Assembly: GCA_036260935.1 (NCBI GenBank)
Contig: DATALQ010000018.1
Location: 34,378 to 98,377 of the forward strand
Reading direction: 5' to 3'
Source of the DNA: Clostridia bacterium
Lineage (GTDB): Bacteria > Bacillota > Clostridia > Acetivibrionales > DTU013
Length of the DNA stretch: 64,000 bases
The notes under the pieces are model-generated. The model searched no databases, was not told the DNA's origin, and saw only the letters and a list, made by a program, of their open reading frames with translations. Shown piece by piece: positions 8,296-18,200 of this stretch; position 1 is the first letter of the stretch, and each line of letters starts with the position of its first letter. Both the position numbers and the translations under genes were made by a program.

Positions 8296-9945
8296 ATGAA
8301 AATATTAGTTATAGGCGCTGTAGCTGCCGGTACTTCAGCTGCTGCCAAAGCAAGGAGAAATGACGAGCAAGCTGAAATCAAAATCTTCGATATGGATAGT
8401 GAAATATCCTATTCAAGCTGTGGGCTGCCGTATTTTATCGGAACTGAAGTCGAGAGCCGTGAGCTTTTGGTTCCTCGTGACGCAAAATTCTTCAAGAAGA
8501 AATACAACGTCGATGTTTACACAAGACACCAGGTGCTGGGGATCAATCCGGCAGCGAAGTCCCTTTCAATAAAAAACCTGGAAACGGAAGAAGTTTTTAA
8601 TGAAGCTTATGATAAGCTGATAATCGCAACAGGCGCGAAACCTGTCCAGCCAAACATAGAAGGGATAAATAAACCAAACGTCTTTTCCCTGCGCAATGTA
8701 GGAAGTGCTGAAAATATCCGCAACTTCATAATAAGCAAAAAACCGAAAAATGCTGTGATCGTTGGCTCGGGTTTTATTGGCCTTGAACTGGTCGAAAACT
8801 TCATGGCAAGAGGTATCGATGTAACCGTTGTTGAGATGGCCGATCAAGTCATGGCTTCGATGGATAAGGATATTGCCGTTTATCTGGAAGATTATTTAAG
8901 GGAACAGGGAGTAAGCCTGATTCTGAACGATTCCGTAACTAAATTGGAAGGCGATGCATTAGCCAATAAAGTGGTTTTAAAAAGCGGAAAAACGATCGAT
9001 GCGGATTTCGTCATTATGTCCGTCGGGGTAAAACCAAGTGTGGAATTGGCAAAAAATGCAGGCATCGAGCTGGGCGTAACCGGAGCTATCAAAGTGAATG
9101 AAAAAATGCAAACAAGCATCGAGGATATATATGCGTGCGGAGATTGTGCGGAAAGTTATTCGCTGATCACTGGCAAGCCTGTTTATAGACCTCTGGGCTC
9201 AACGGCCAATAAAATGGGTAGGATAGCCGGAGACCAAATAACAGGCGGGACTTTGGAATTCAGAGGTATCCTTGGCACAGGCATTTTCAAAGTGTTTGAT
9301 ATGGCTGTTGCGCAAACGGGACTCTCTGAAAAGGAGGCCTTAAAGGAGGGCTATGATGTTGAAGTTTGCCATAACATCAAACCGGACAAACCGGAGTATT
9401 TCCATGGTAAGGAAATGGTCATTAAGGCGGTTGCGGACAGAAAGACCGGCAGGGTGCTCGGCGCACAGATAGTAGGTAAATCTGGAGTCGATAAGCGGAT
9501 CGATGTATTTGTCACAGCTATCAGTTTCGGCGCAAAGGCCGAGGATCTGTTTCATTTGGACCTGGCTTACGCCCCACCGTTTTCAACTACAAAAGACCCG
9601 GTAATGTATACCGGTATGATCCTTGATAACGCTATAAACAGAAACCGAAAGCTTATTACAGCGGCAGCTTTGAAAGAGCGCGTGGAAAACGGTGAAGACA
9701 TAACAATCTTGGACGCCAGGACAGCTATACAGTATGAACAAGCTCATATAGACAGTGCCATAAACATGCCGCATGACAGGCTGCGTCAGGAAATGGATAC
9801 GCTTGATAAAGAAAAAACGGTGATTACTTATTGCAATAAGGGTGTCACCGGAAACGCAGCACAAAATATATTGATTAATAACGGATTCAAGAAAGTATAT
9901 AATCTGTCGGGAGGGCATTCCAATTATAAAAAAAATATTTATTGA
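8296..9945 (+). CDS. CoA-disulfide reductase-family flavoprotein fused to a C-terminal rhodanese domain (CoADR-RHD; probable persulfide/polysulfide reductase)
   Basis: 549 aa. N-terminal GAVAAG FAD loop. Redox Cys in SYSSCGLPY (CoADR/Nox type). Second GSGFIGLE NAD(P)H loop. C-terminal rhodanese with active-site loop YCNKGVTG. Confidence 0.85.
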   Translation: MKILVIGAVAAGTSAAAKARRNDEQAEIKIFDMDSEISYSSCGLPYFIGTEVESRELLVPRDAKFFKKKYNVDVYTRHQVLGINPAAKSLSIKNLETEEVFNEAYDKLIIATGAKPVQPNIEGINKPNVFSLRNVGSAENIRNFIISKKPKNAVIVGSGFIGLELVENFMARGIDVTVVEMADQVMASMDKDIAVYLEDYLREQGVSLILNDSVTKLEGDALANKVVLKSGKTIDADFVIMSVGVKPSVELAKNAGIELGVTGAIKVNEKMQTSIEDIYACGDCAESYSLITGKPVYRPLGSTANKMGRIAGDQITGGTLEFRGILGTGIFKVFDMAVAQTGLSEKEALKEGYDVEVCHNIKPDKPEYFHGKEMVIKAVADRKTGRVLGAQIVGKSGVDKRIDVFVTAISFGAKAEDLFHLDLAYAPPFSTTKDPVMYTGMILDNAINRNRKLITAAALKERVENGEDITILDARTAIQYEQAHIDSAINMPHDRLRQEMDTLDKEKTVITYCNKGVTGNAAQNILINNGFKKVYNLSGGHSNYKKNIY

Positions 9946-10214
9946 TACTGTTGACTTGCATTGTTGCCATTAGGCCAATAGAACATATGCTTTACACAAA
10001 TCTGGCAGTTACCACAGGCTGCAGTACATTGGTTTTTATAGGGGTTATGGGTGTTTTTTATTTGTTCCTGAATAAAAAATATTTCAGCATTGTATATGGA
10101 GTTCGGACATATGCCAAATAGAGTCCGTTAATATTGAAATTTATATACTGCCTGTAATATAATTACTGTATCGGGTAATCTTGTATAAAGCTATTTTGAA
10201 AGGATGGGGATTGG

Positions 10215-10304
10215 ATGATGTTGTATTTTTTGATAGTAGCAGCGATTATAGGAGGATTGATAGGGGGAGGACTGGTTTATATGAAATACAAAAAGCTAAT
10301 TTAG
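10215..10304 (+). CDS. Possible 29-aa hydrophobic peptide (MMLYFLIVAAIIGGLIGGGLVYMKYKKLI)
   Basis: Not in the ORF track (<60 aa). One predicted TM helix plus a basic tail. AAAGGA/GGGGA purine run upstream. TTGAAA-18-TATAAT candidate promoter about 65 nt upstream. Lies in a 560-bp gap between convergent genes. Confidence 0.3.
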   Translation: MMLYFLIVAAIIGGLIGGGLVYMKYKKLI

Positions 10305-10505
10305 ATTTTTCTCCCAAATTACAGTTTCGTAACAGGAACATATTCGTGAATTTTGGACGATACACGCCTTCGTCACGAACAATTATAGCGACGTCAAGTT
10401 GATTCCATGCTTTAACGTAACGGTTCCGATGCTTCGGTAGAAAGTATATAGAACAATGAATCTGAAGAAGGTAAGGAGCCATATTCGGCTCATTGCCCTG
10501 CGCAA

Positions 10506-11471
10506 TCAGATTTTACCAAGGTTTTGCTCATAGCACTCCAAAAGCTCCTGCTCGCTGAACAGGCTGGAAACCGCTTCTTCGTAGTCGCGCAGTCTTGTGG
10601 CTTTCCTAATTTTCTTCGCATATTTTTCATGGTTGGAAAACATTAAGCTCATATAGACCCAGATTTCCTTCAGCTTAAACAGGACCACAGTATCCCCGGA
10701 AAGGATTTTGCGATATTCGTCATAAAGTATATCGTGAAATAATTTCAACGTGTTTTTGTCTGTTTTTACGTTCTGCCTGATTTCTTTTGCCAATCCGGGA
10801 TTTACCAATAGACCCCTGCCGAGCATGACGGATTTTACATTGGGATACTCCTCGGAAAACTCGCGGTATTGTCCGGTTGTAAAAATGTTCCCGTTATAAC
10901 AGAGCGGATTTTTGCTGTGGCTCAAAGCATATTTGAACATTTCCATATTGGGCGTATTTTTGTAAAAATCCCTTTGAATCCTCGGATGGATGGTCAGCTC
11001 TTCTATCGGGTACTTGTTGAACATATCGATCAACCCATAGAATTCGTCCGGATGCTCCTTACCTATTCTGGTCTTTATCGAGATTTTGGTTCCTCCCCAG
11101 GCAAAAATCTCATAAAGGAATGCATCCAGTTCCTTAAGTTTAGCCAAAAAGCCGGAGCCCTTGTTTTTGGCGGCAACTGTTCCTGATGGGCATCCCAGGT
11201 TCAGGTTGATCTCCCGGTATCCCATACGCTTTATTTTCTCAGCCATGGTAATAAATTCGGCCGCCTTGTTGGACAGCAATTGCGGTACAAAAGGGTAGGC
11301 CAGATTATTTTCCGGCGACAGCTCGTCCGATTCCCGTTTCTTGAAACTTCCGCTTTCATTGGTTGAAATAAAAGGAGAATAATATTTGTCGATACTATTA
11401 AAGCAGGTATGGTGGGCATTCCTATAGATATAGCCGGTCAGGCCTTCCATCGGCGCAAAATAGAGATTCAT
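10506..11471 (-). CDS. dus: tRNA-dihydrouridine synthase family protein
   Basis: 321 aa. FAPMEGLTGYIYR start and NLNLGCPSG catalytic-Cys region of the Dus TIM-barrel family. Confidence 0.8.
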   Translation of the reverse strand: MNLYFAPMEGLTGYIYRNAHHTCFNSIDKYYSPFISTNESGSFKKRESDELSPENNLAYPFVPQLLSNKAAEFITMAEKIKRMGYREINLNLGCPSGTVAAKNKGSGFLAKLKELDAFLYEIFAWGGTKISIKTRIGKEHPDEFYGLIDMFNKYPIEELTIHPRIQRDFYKNTPNMEMFKYALSHSKNPLCYNGNIFTTGQYREFSEEYPNVKSVMLGRGLLVNPGLAKEIRQNVKTDKNTLKLFHDILYDEYRKILSGDTVVLFKLKEIWVYMSLMFSNHEKYAKKIRKATRLRDYEEAVSSLFSEQELLECYEQNLGKI

Positions 11472-11562
11472 AAAGCGTTTATTTCTTTCCTTTCAGCCTT
11501 CCATATCAACATGTCTTAGTATACCACAGATAAATTAAAATGATCGTACTGGGATTGCACTA

Positions 11563-11610
11563 ATGAAAAATGGAGTAAATACTTATGACAATTAATGTAT
11601 TTACTCCATT
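11563..11610 (-). terminator. Terminator of the SLH-protein gene
   Basis: Perfect 14-bp stem AATGGAGTAAATAC / GTATTTACTCCATT with a 14-nt loop. On the minus strand it is followed by TTTTC. Confidence 0.7.
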
Positions 11611-11643
11611 TGCTACATATATGACAAGCTTCCCGTTTTCTTT

Positions 11644-14037
11644 TTATGGTATATTGATATTGAATGTGTATTTACTGCCCTCTACGTCTATACCATCTTT
11701 CTGCAACATAATTGTAATCTCGTCCGTACCTTTTTTAGCGCCTGTAAACGTAACCGCTGGTCCATCCTCAGCAGTAAATCCTGTTACTTCACCAAGAGTG
11801 ACACAACCGTTGCCTGATGCTTTTACTACTATACTGTAGCCTGCAGTGCCAAATACATCATCTTCTCTACCGTATTGATCCTGGACAATAACATCGTCTT
11901 CATTAAGACTACTGGTTTGATCTATTGCAAGAGTGGCAGCAAAGTTCCGAATTCCAGAAATCACTGAAGGGACAGCCGGAGCATTTAACGTGAAGCTTAA
12001 TTGTGCCGGCTTGCCTGTGCATGTAATAGCATTAATTGTAAGTGTTTGCGTGGTTGTCAGATTCTTGGCATTTACCTCCAGGTAAACAGTGCCGTTCACA
12101 TCGTCCTGTTTGAACTCAATACTTACAGTATGGTCAATTTCTTCACCTTTAACAGACATTGAGGTCACGTCCTCAACAAATACCGCACCGCTAGCCGTTG
12201 TCACAGCAAATCCATATTGGTCTACGGCACCAAATGGTATATTGAACGATTCTCCGGCTACTGCCAGAGCAGGAGCGGATAAAGTTAATACATCAACCCT
12301 TGCTTTTTCCTTGACTACTATATCAAATTGATCCAATGCAACACCTGTTTTTTCGGATATTGCTGAAAATTTAACAGTACCCTCACCCTCTATGGAAGCC
12401 AATGGAAGCACTACTTTATCAACCCCGTCTATTTTCTCTATTTGAAGATTGGGATAAGTAGTATCAATAGTAACTACCGAGTCGCTGGATAAAGTGAATA
12501 CAGTATCTCCTCTCATTGCTGCAAGAAATCTCTCACTATTCATAGAATTACCATATTGGTCTTTGAATGACATTACTAGTTTAAAATCTTCAGCTGTCCC
12601 GCCAACACAAAGAACTTTATCTTTATTTTTCGTGTTGATCAGGTTTTCAATAGTAACTTCTGCAACCTGTGATGCTGCAACTACTGTCAATATTGCATGA
12701 GCTGATACATTAGCTTCAGGTTCATATGCGAATACCGAGATTGTTCTACCAACCTCAAATTCATCATCATCGTAATAGGGTAATTCTAGTGTCAATATTC
12801 CATTACCATAGGTAGTTTCCCCTTCAAATGGCTCAAATGAGAAATCTATTTCCAAGTTATTGGAAGTAATGTCTTCCCCATACTGATTTGAAACCTTATA
12901 TCTGGTAGTTGCTTTATGTCCGTTCGCCCTGTCTATTACTAACGTTGTAGAAGGAAATTCAATCCTGTCAACTTTTTCATCTGCCACCGATATTGATTTT
13001 GTTTTTGCCGTGTCACTAAGACCTGCCACAGATATTGTGTAGTCACCAAGAGAAAGTTTTGAATCTAAAGTGATTACTGCAGATTTCTTATCATCCGCAA
13101 ATGCAATACCTGACTGCGTGACTATGGTCGAACCCTTCATAACTGTGAAAACTGCTTTTGATGAGTCAACAGCTTTATTGAAGGTTACTGTCAATTTTTT
13201 AACTCCGGTAGCTGCAACGTTGACCTCTAATTCAGACATAACTATATCATCATCATCGTTATCATTATCATTAACTGACGTTGTATCGCCTTTTTTTAAA
13301 GCTGCGTCCGCTTCAGCTTTTTTTTCTGCTATTGCATCCTCGAGAGATGCTTTTACATCGGCATTCGTTATGGCATCTACCGCACCGGCGGCTGCTGATG
13401 GATCAATAATGCCTTTCTCCACCAGGCTAGTGATAACTGCTACGCTATCCTTATCCCTGGCGCTTAATGCGCCGAATGAAATGCCTACCAGGTCATCCTT
13501 GATCAATGCCTTGTCTGAAAATTTGATAGCCTGAGCTTTTGTCAAACCACCAACATCAGCGAGTTCAACTGCCGCTTTTTGATAGTCCGGTGTAAAGCCC
13601 AACTGCCTGAGTATAAGTGTGCAGTATGCTTTACCAACAAGCTTAGCTGTTGGAGCAAATGTTCCATCCGACATTCCTTCAACGAGTCCGTTTTTTACTG
13701 CGCATGCAACAGATCTCTTAGCCCAGTCTGCTATTGATGCTGTATCTTCGAACTTTGCAAGTGCTGCGTCTGCTTCTTCGTCAGTCAATTCCGCTGCCGC
13801 TTCTTCCAATCCGAATAATTTGAGAAGCATTACGACGCCTGTTTGTCTGTCCAATCTTGATCCCAGGTCAGGATCAAATGTTGTCGTTGAATTACCCTCG
13901 TACAGTCCAAGGTTATTCAAGATATTTGCTTCTTTTTCATAATTGTATGTACCCTCTGCTGAGAATGCAGGTACAGTTACTGCTGCCAGCAATGTGAATG
14001 TCACGATAAATGACAAAAGCTTTTTGAGATTTCTCAT
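11644..14037 (-). CDS. S-layer-homology (SLH) domain surface protein with Ig-like repeats
   Basis: 797 aa. Signal peptide (LLAAVTVPAFSA). N-terminal SLH repeats (FEDTASIADWAKRSVACAVKNGLVEGMSDGTFAP...). An Asp-rich linker, then a beta-rich repetitive body. Confidence 0.8.
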   Translation of the reverse strand: MRNLKKLLSFIVTFTLLAAVTVPAFSAEGTYNYEKEANILNNLGLYEGNSTTTFDPDLGSRLDRQTGVVMLLKLFGLEEAAAELTDEEADAALAKFEDTASIADWAKRSVACAVKNGLVEGMSDGTFAPTAKLVGKAYCTLILRQLGFTPDYQKAAVELADVGGLTKAQAIKFSDKALIKDDLVGISFGALSARDKDSVAVITSLVEKGIIDPSAAAGAVDAITNADVKASLEDAIAEKKAEADAALKKGDTTSVNDNDNDDDDIVMSELEVNVAATGVKKLTVTFNKAVDSSKAVFTVMKGSTIVTQSGIAFADDKKSAVITLDSKLSLGDYTISVAGLSDTAKTKSISVADEKVDRIEFPSTTLVIDRANGHKATTRYKVSNQYGEDITSNNLEIDFSFEPFEGETTYGNGILTLELPYYDDDEFEVGRTISVFAYEPEANVSAHAILTVVAASQVAEVTIENLINTKNKDKVLCVGGTAEDFKLVMSFKDQYGNSMNSERFLAAMRGDTVFTLSSDSVVTIDTTYPNLQIEKIDGVDKVVLPLASIEGEGTVKFSAISEKTGVALDQFDIVVKEKARVDVLTLSAPALAVAGESFNIPFGAVDQYGFAVTTASGAVFVEDVTSMSVKGEEIDHTVSIEFKQDDVNGTVYLEVNAKNLTTTQTLTINAITCTGKPAQLSFTLNAPAVPSVISGIRNFAATLAIDQTSSLNEDDVIVQDQYGREDDVFGTAGYSIVVKASGNGCVTLGEVTGFTAEDGPAVTFTGAKKGTDEITIMLQKDGIDVEGSKYTFNINIP

Positions 14038-14350
14038 ATTTTCAACCTCTTTAAATTTTTTGTCGAAATATACGAAATTTAGACTATTTCCCTAATATAA
14101 TGCTATATTATGGCAAATATAGATAAAAGTCAACACGCAAAAATGAAAGCAACCCAACCAAGAGTGAGCATTTTAAAGCCTTTGGCAAATTTGTGAGAGT
14201 ACGCTTACCCTGTCTTCCGAGGTTAAGCTGTTGATTCCTTCGATGATACGCGTAACCAGAAGTAATAATAACCTGGTATGATTCAGGTTGCCACTGACTT
14301 TTGCAACAATGTTTGTTATGATAAAATCAACATATAGGGGGAAGCAGAAA

Positions 14351-14950
14351 ATGATAAATATTGATAAAACCATGAAAAATCTGATCGCTCGTGGCTTTGA
14401 CGCCAGCTACTTTGCCACTGGGAAGGAAGCATCCGACTATATAGCATCACAGTTAAAGGGTGAGACTATAGGCTTCGGCGGCAGCAAGACTGTCGAGACG
14501 CTTGGTTTGTTCGAACGGCTTGGCGAAAACAACAAAGTGTATTGGCACTGGAAACAGGAGAAAGTTGAAGCGCGCAGAAACTCTGCCGCCGCGGATGTCT
14601 ACCTGACCAGTGCAAATGCAATTGCCGAATCCGGGGAGATAATAAACATTGACGGCTCCGGCAACAGGGTGGCAAATACTCTGTATGGAAAGAAGAAGGT
14701 CTACATAGTTGTTGGTACCAACAAAATCGCAGAGAGCTTCGATAAAGCGTTGTGGCGTGCAAGGAACATCGCTGCGCCTCTAAACGCCAGACGCCTCAAC
14801 GTAGGCACACCCTGCGTCAAGGGTGAGCTGAAGTGCTATGACTGCAGCAGCCCTGATCGTATATGCGCGGGATTGGTTGTCCTCTGGAATAAGCTGTCCG
14901 GCATAGAGAAGGCCGAGGTTGTCATCATAGGCGAGGAGTTAGGCTACTGA
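14351..14950 (+). CDS. LUD-domain (YkgG/LutC-like, DUF162) protein
   Basis: About 199 aa from ATG 14351 (GGGGGAAG SD; the listed 14288 start lacks one). Pattern GFGGSKT...LTSANAIAESGEIINIDGSGNR...VVGTNKI is typical of the LUD domain. Confidence 0.65.
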   Translation: MINIDKTMKNLIARGFDASYFATGKEASDYIASQLKGETIGFGGSKTVETLGLFERLGENNKVYWHWKQEKVEARRNSAAADVYLTSANAIAESGEIINIDGSGNRVANTLYGKKKVYIVVGTNKIAESFDKALWRARNIAAPLNARRLNVGTPCVKGELKCYDCSSPDRICAGLVVLWNKLSGIEKAEVVIIGEELGY

Positions 14951-15268
14951 CTAAATATATTAATTGCCTAAAAAACCGTACGCACTGTAAAAGAGCATGC
15001 CTCCCGAATACTGAGGAGGCTGGGCAATAAAAGCACACGCTCTATTGAGTCGGAACGTGGGAAAAGCTATAAAAAGGTTGTCAAAAGTTGACGTTTTAAC
15101 AGCTTTACTGTCTATATTCGTTTGTTATAATGTTAATTAAAGAGTATGAAAGCATAAATCAGGTGGTTATAGCTAACAATCAAACAGCAGGTTCCACGTC
15201 TTACAGCATTTGCTCCGGGATAGAACCTGCAATTTTCATTTCCGGGTGGTATTTTGGAGGGATTACAT

Positions 15269-18200
15269 ATGAGAAAATTACCGTGGCGCCTGGGGTCATT
15301 AGTTTTGGCTATGGTGCTGCTGCTAAGCGCATTTCCGATAAGCATCCGGGCAGTGGACGAAGAATGGATTGATATCAGCGATTCGATCGGACTGAGTAGC
15401 ATCGGCAGCAATCTCTCAGGTAATTATAGACTGACAGCGGATATTGATCTTCACGGGACCGAATGGAACCCGATTGGGCCATTTTCCGGCAAGCTGGACG
15501 GTAACTCAAAGGTAATCAGAAATTTTTCAATCAATGACACAAGTGTTTCTAATAAAGGTCTGTTTTCATCCATTGAAGTCTCAGGGCAGATAAGCAATCT
15601 GGGAATAGAAAACGCCAATATCACTGCAGGAAGTAACACAGGCATCCTAGCGGGGACAAACAGCGGCACAATAAGCCGAAGCTATACGAAAGGTTCGGTC
15701 AACGGTTATGAATATGTTGGCGGCCTTGTCGGTCAAAACTTTGGAACTATTGAAAATTCATTTACTCAGGCAAGCGTCAGCGGCAAGGATTATCTGGGCG
15801 GATTGGCAGGGGCTAATTCCGTTCCCGGCATAGTAAAGACCTCTTATGCCTCAGCCTCCTGTTCACCGTCAGTTTTTAACAATTATATGGAGTTTAATGG
15901 GACTCCTGTTGGCAATTATTCAGCGCCCAATTCAGGCGGGTATATTGATATCCCACATAAAGATGTTTATGTAGGAGACAAATTTACTCTCGAAGCGTGG
16001 TTTCAGTGGGACGATGTTGGAACAACCGATTGTAATTTTATTATGGGAAAAGGTTATGAGCAGTTTGAGATTCATACAGGTGGTGGATCAGGGGTTAATG
16101 GATTGCGGTTCATTCCGATATGGAATGAAGGTGGAGATTCCTGGATCGATATAAAAAATGTTATACAGCCAGGATGGTTCCATGTGGCGGCGGTTTATGA
16201 GTATGATTCCATTCAAAAGCAGGCTACAGCCCGTTTTTATGTCAACGGAGAGGCTCAGGATCTATGGCGGGGATCTGTTAATTTGGGAAAAGTAGCTACC
16301 CTTAACAGAACATTTAACACACTTGGATATGACAAAAGTACTGGTGCATATGTAAAAAAAGTAAATCCTATCAACATAGGGCGGCGTACAGACGGGTGGT
16401 TTTACTTCGACGGAAGAATCGCTGATGTCAGGTTCTGGAATATAGCAAGGACAGGCGAAGATATAAAAAGAGATAAGGATAAAGTGCTCACCGGAAACGA
16501 AACGGGATTGGCAGGCTACTGGAAGTTGAATGAAGCATCGGGAGACGCCGTTGACAGCAGCACTACCAGCAATAACGGCACGCTTACAGGCGATGTCGTG
16601 CGAACAAGTGAAACTGCTGCAACCCATAAGGGCGGGCTGATTGGACAGAATACCGGAACTGTTTCCGATTCCTACTATGATTTGGAAGTCTCCGGACAAT
16701 CGGATGCTGTAGGAACTCCGAAATCTACAGATGATATGAAGCTTCAGTCCACCTTTACCAACTGGAATTTCATCAGTATATGGGGGCTGGATTCCGGAAT
16801 CAATGGCGGATATCCCTATTTGCTGCCGGAAATCAACACCGCGTCGGTAAATATGACAGCCCCGTCGGCGGGAGCTGTTCCGCAGACTGCAGCCCAAGTG
16901 GAAAATACGACATCGAATGCTGATTATACCGTTTCCGATGTGGTTTGGAATGAGGCATTGACGGCAGGCAATAGATTCAAGGCAGGCCAGGTATATACGG
17001 CAACTGTCACCTTAACCTCAAAGAACGGCAAAAAGTTCCCGACGGAGGCATTCACACCTACAGTGGCAGGTGCATCTTCTGTTGGAACAACCACCTCGAA
17101 TGGAATGGGTGTGGGCAATACTGTAACTTTCACGGTGACCTTCCCGGCAACGGCGGCAAAGACAGTAACCGGCATTCAAATTAAAAATCAGCCGCTCGAT
17201 TTAATATATACTGAGGGTGAGAGCCTGAATCTGGCGGGTCTCGAAGTGACACTGACCTATAACGACAGTTCTACAGCAGACGTGGCAGAGGCGGATTTTA
17301 CTGCCAACGGAATCACAGCAAGCCCGGCTAATGGCGCAATACTGACTGTGGCAGCCCATGATGGACATGCGGTAACACTTTCGTGTAACGGATATAATGC
17401 AATAACAAACAACCTTACGGTAACAGTGGAAGCAGCACCGACTTATACAATAGCAGCGATCAGTGACCAGACCATGGCAGCCAAAACAGCAGGGTATGGT
17501 TCCGGTACGCAGGAAACTAAGACTATCACTGTAACAAGGACCGGTACGGGTGATTTGGCAAATCTGGCAGTATCCTTAAGCGGAGGGGGAAGCAGCAGCT
17601 TTGTAGTTACTCAGCCTCTGGCGGCAGCCTTGAATTCAGAGACACCATCCACCACCTTTACCGTAAAAGCAAAGGACGGGCTTGCAGCAGGCACGTATAC
17701 CGGAACTGTCACGATATCAGCGGACAACATGACCAATGTGACCTTCACTGTAACCCAGGCAGTAAATCCGCTGTCTGCGCCAGCTATTCTATCGGCAGTC
17801 GCAGGAAATGAGCATGTTGTTATCAATTGGAACAGTGTAGATGAAGCAACAGGATATAAGATATTTTGCAGTAACGCATCCGGTTTATACGGATTAGAAC
17901 TTGCAACAGTAAGCGGCTCCGTAAACAGTTTCGATGCGACAGGTCTTACCAACGGTACAACCTATTACTTTGTTGTAAAAGCCAGCAACGGAGAAGTTGA
18001 CAGCGACAATTCCAACGAAGTGAGTGCAACCCCGCAAGTAGCAGCGACGGGAGCGCCAGTTCTGCAATCGGCAAATGCGGGGGATGGGCATGTTAATATT
18101 AGCTGGAGCGGAGTGGCAGGTTCAACAGGCTATAAAGTATACGTAAGCACAACTTCAGGATCTTACGCGACGCCTGCTACTACTGTCGCCGGAGCGGTAT

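Noticed and set aside
10246-10482. 78-aa minus-strand ORF and 73-aa plus-strand ORF (10181-10402) in the long convergent gap.
   Set aside because: Neither has an SD or a recognisable motif, both have a random-looking composition, and they overlap each other. Only the 29-aa peptide ORF has plausible signals.
15187-15230. 8-bp hairpin GCAGGTTC-N28-GAACCTGC followed by AATTTTCATTT in the leader of the giant surface-protein gene (possible c-di-GMP riboswitch or attenuator).
   Set aside because: No GEMM-I/II consensus elements are recognisable. The loop is long and the U-tract poor, so the evidence is insufficient.
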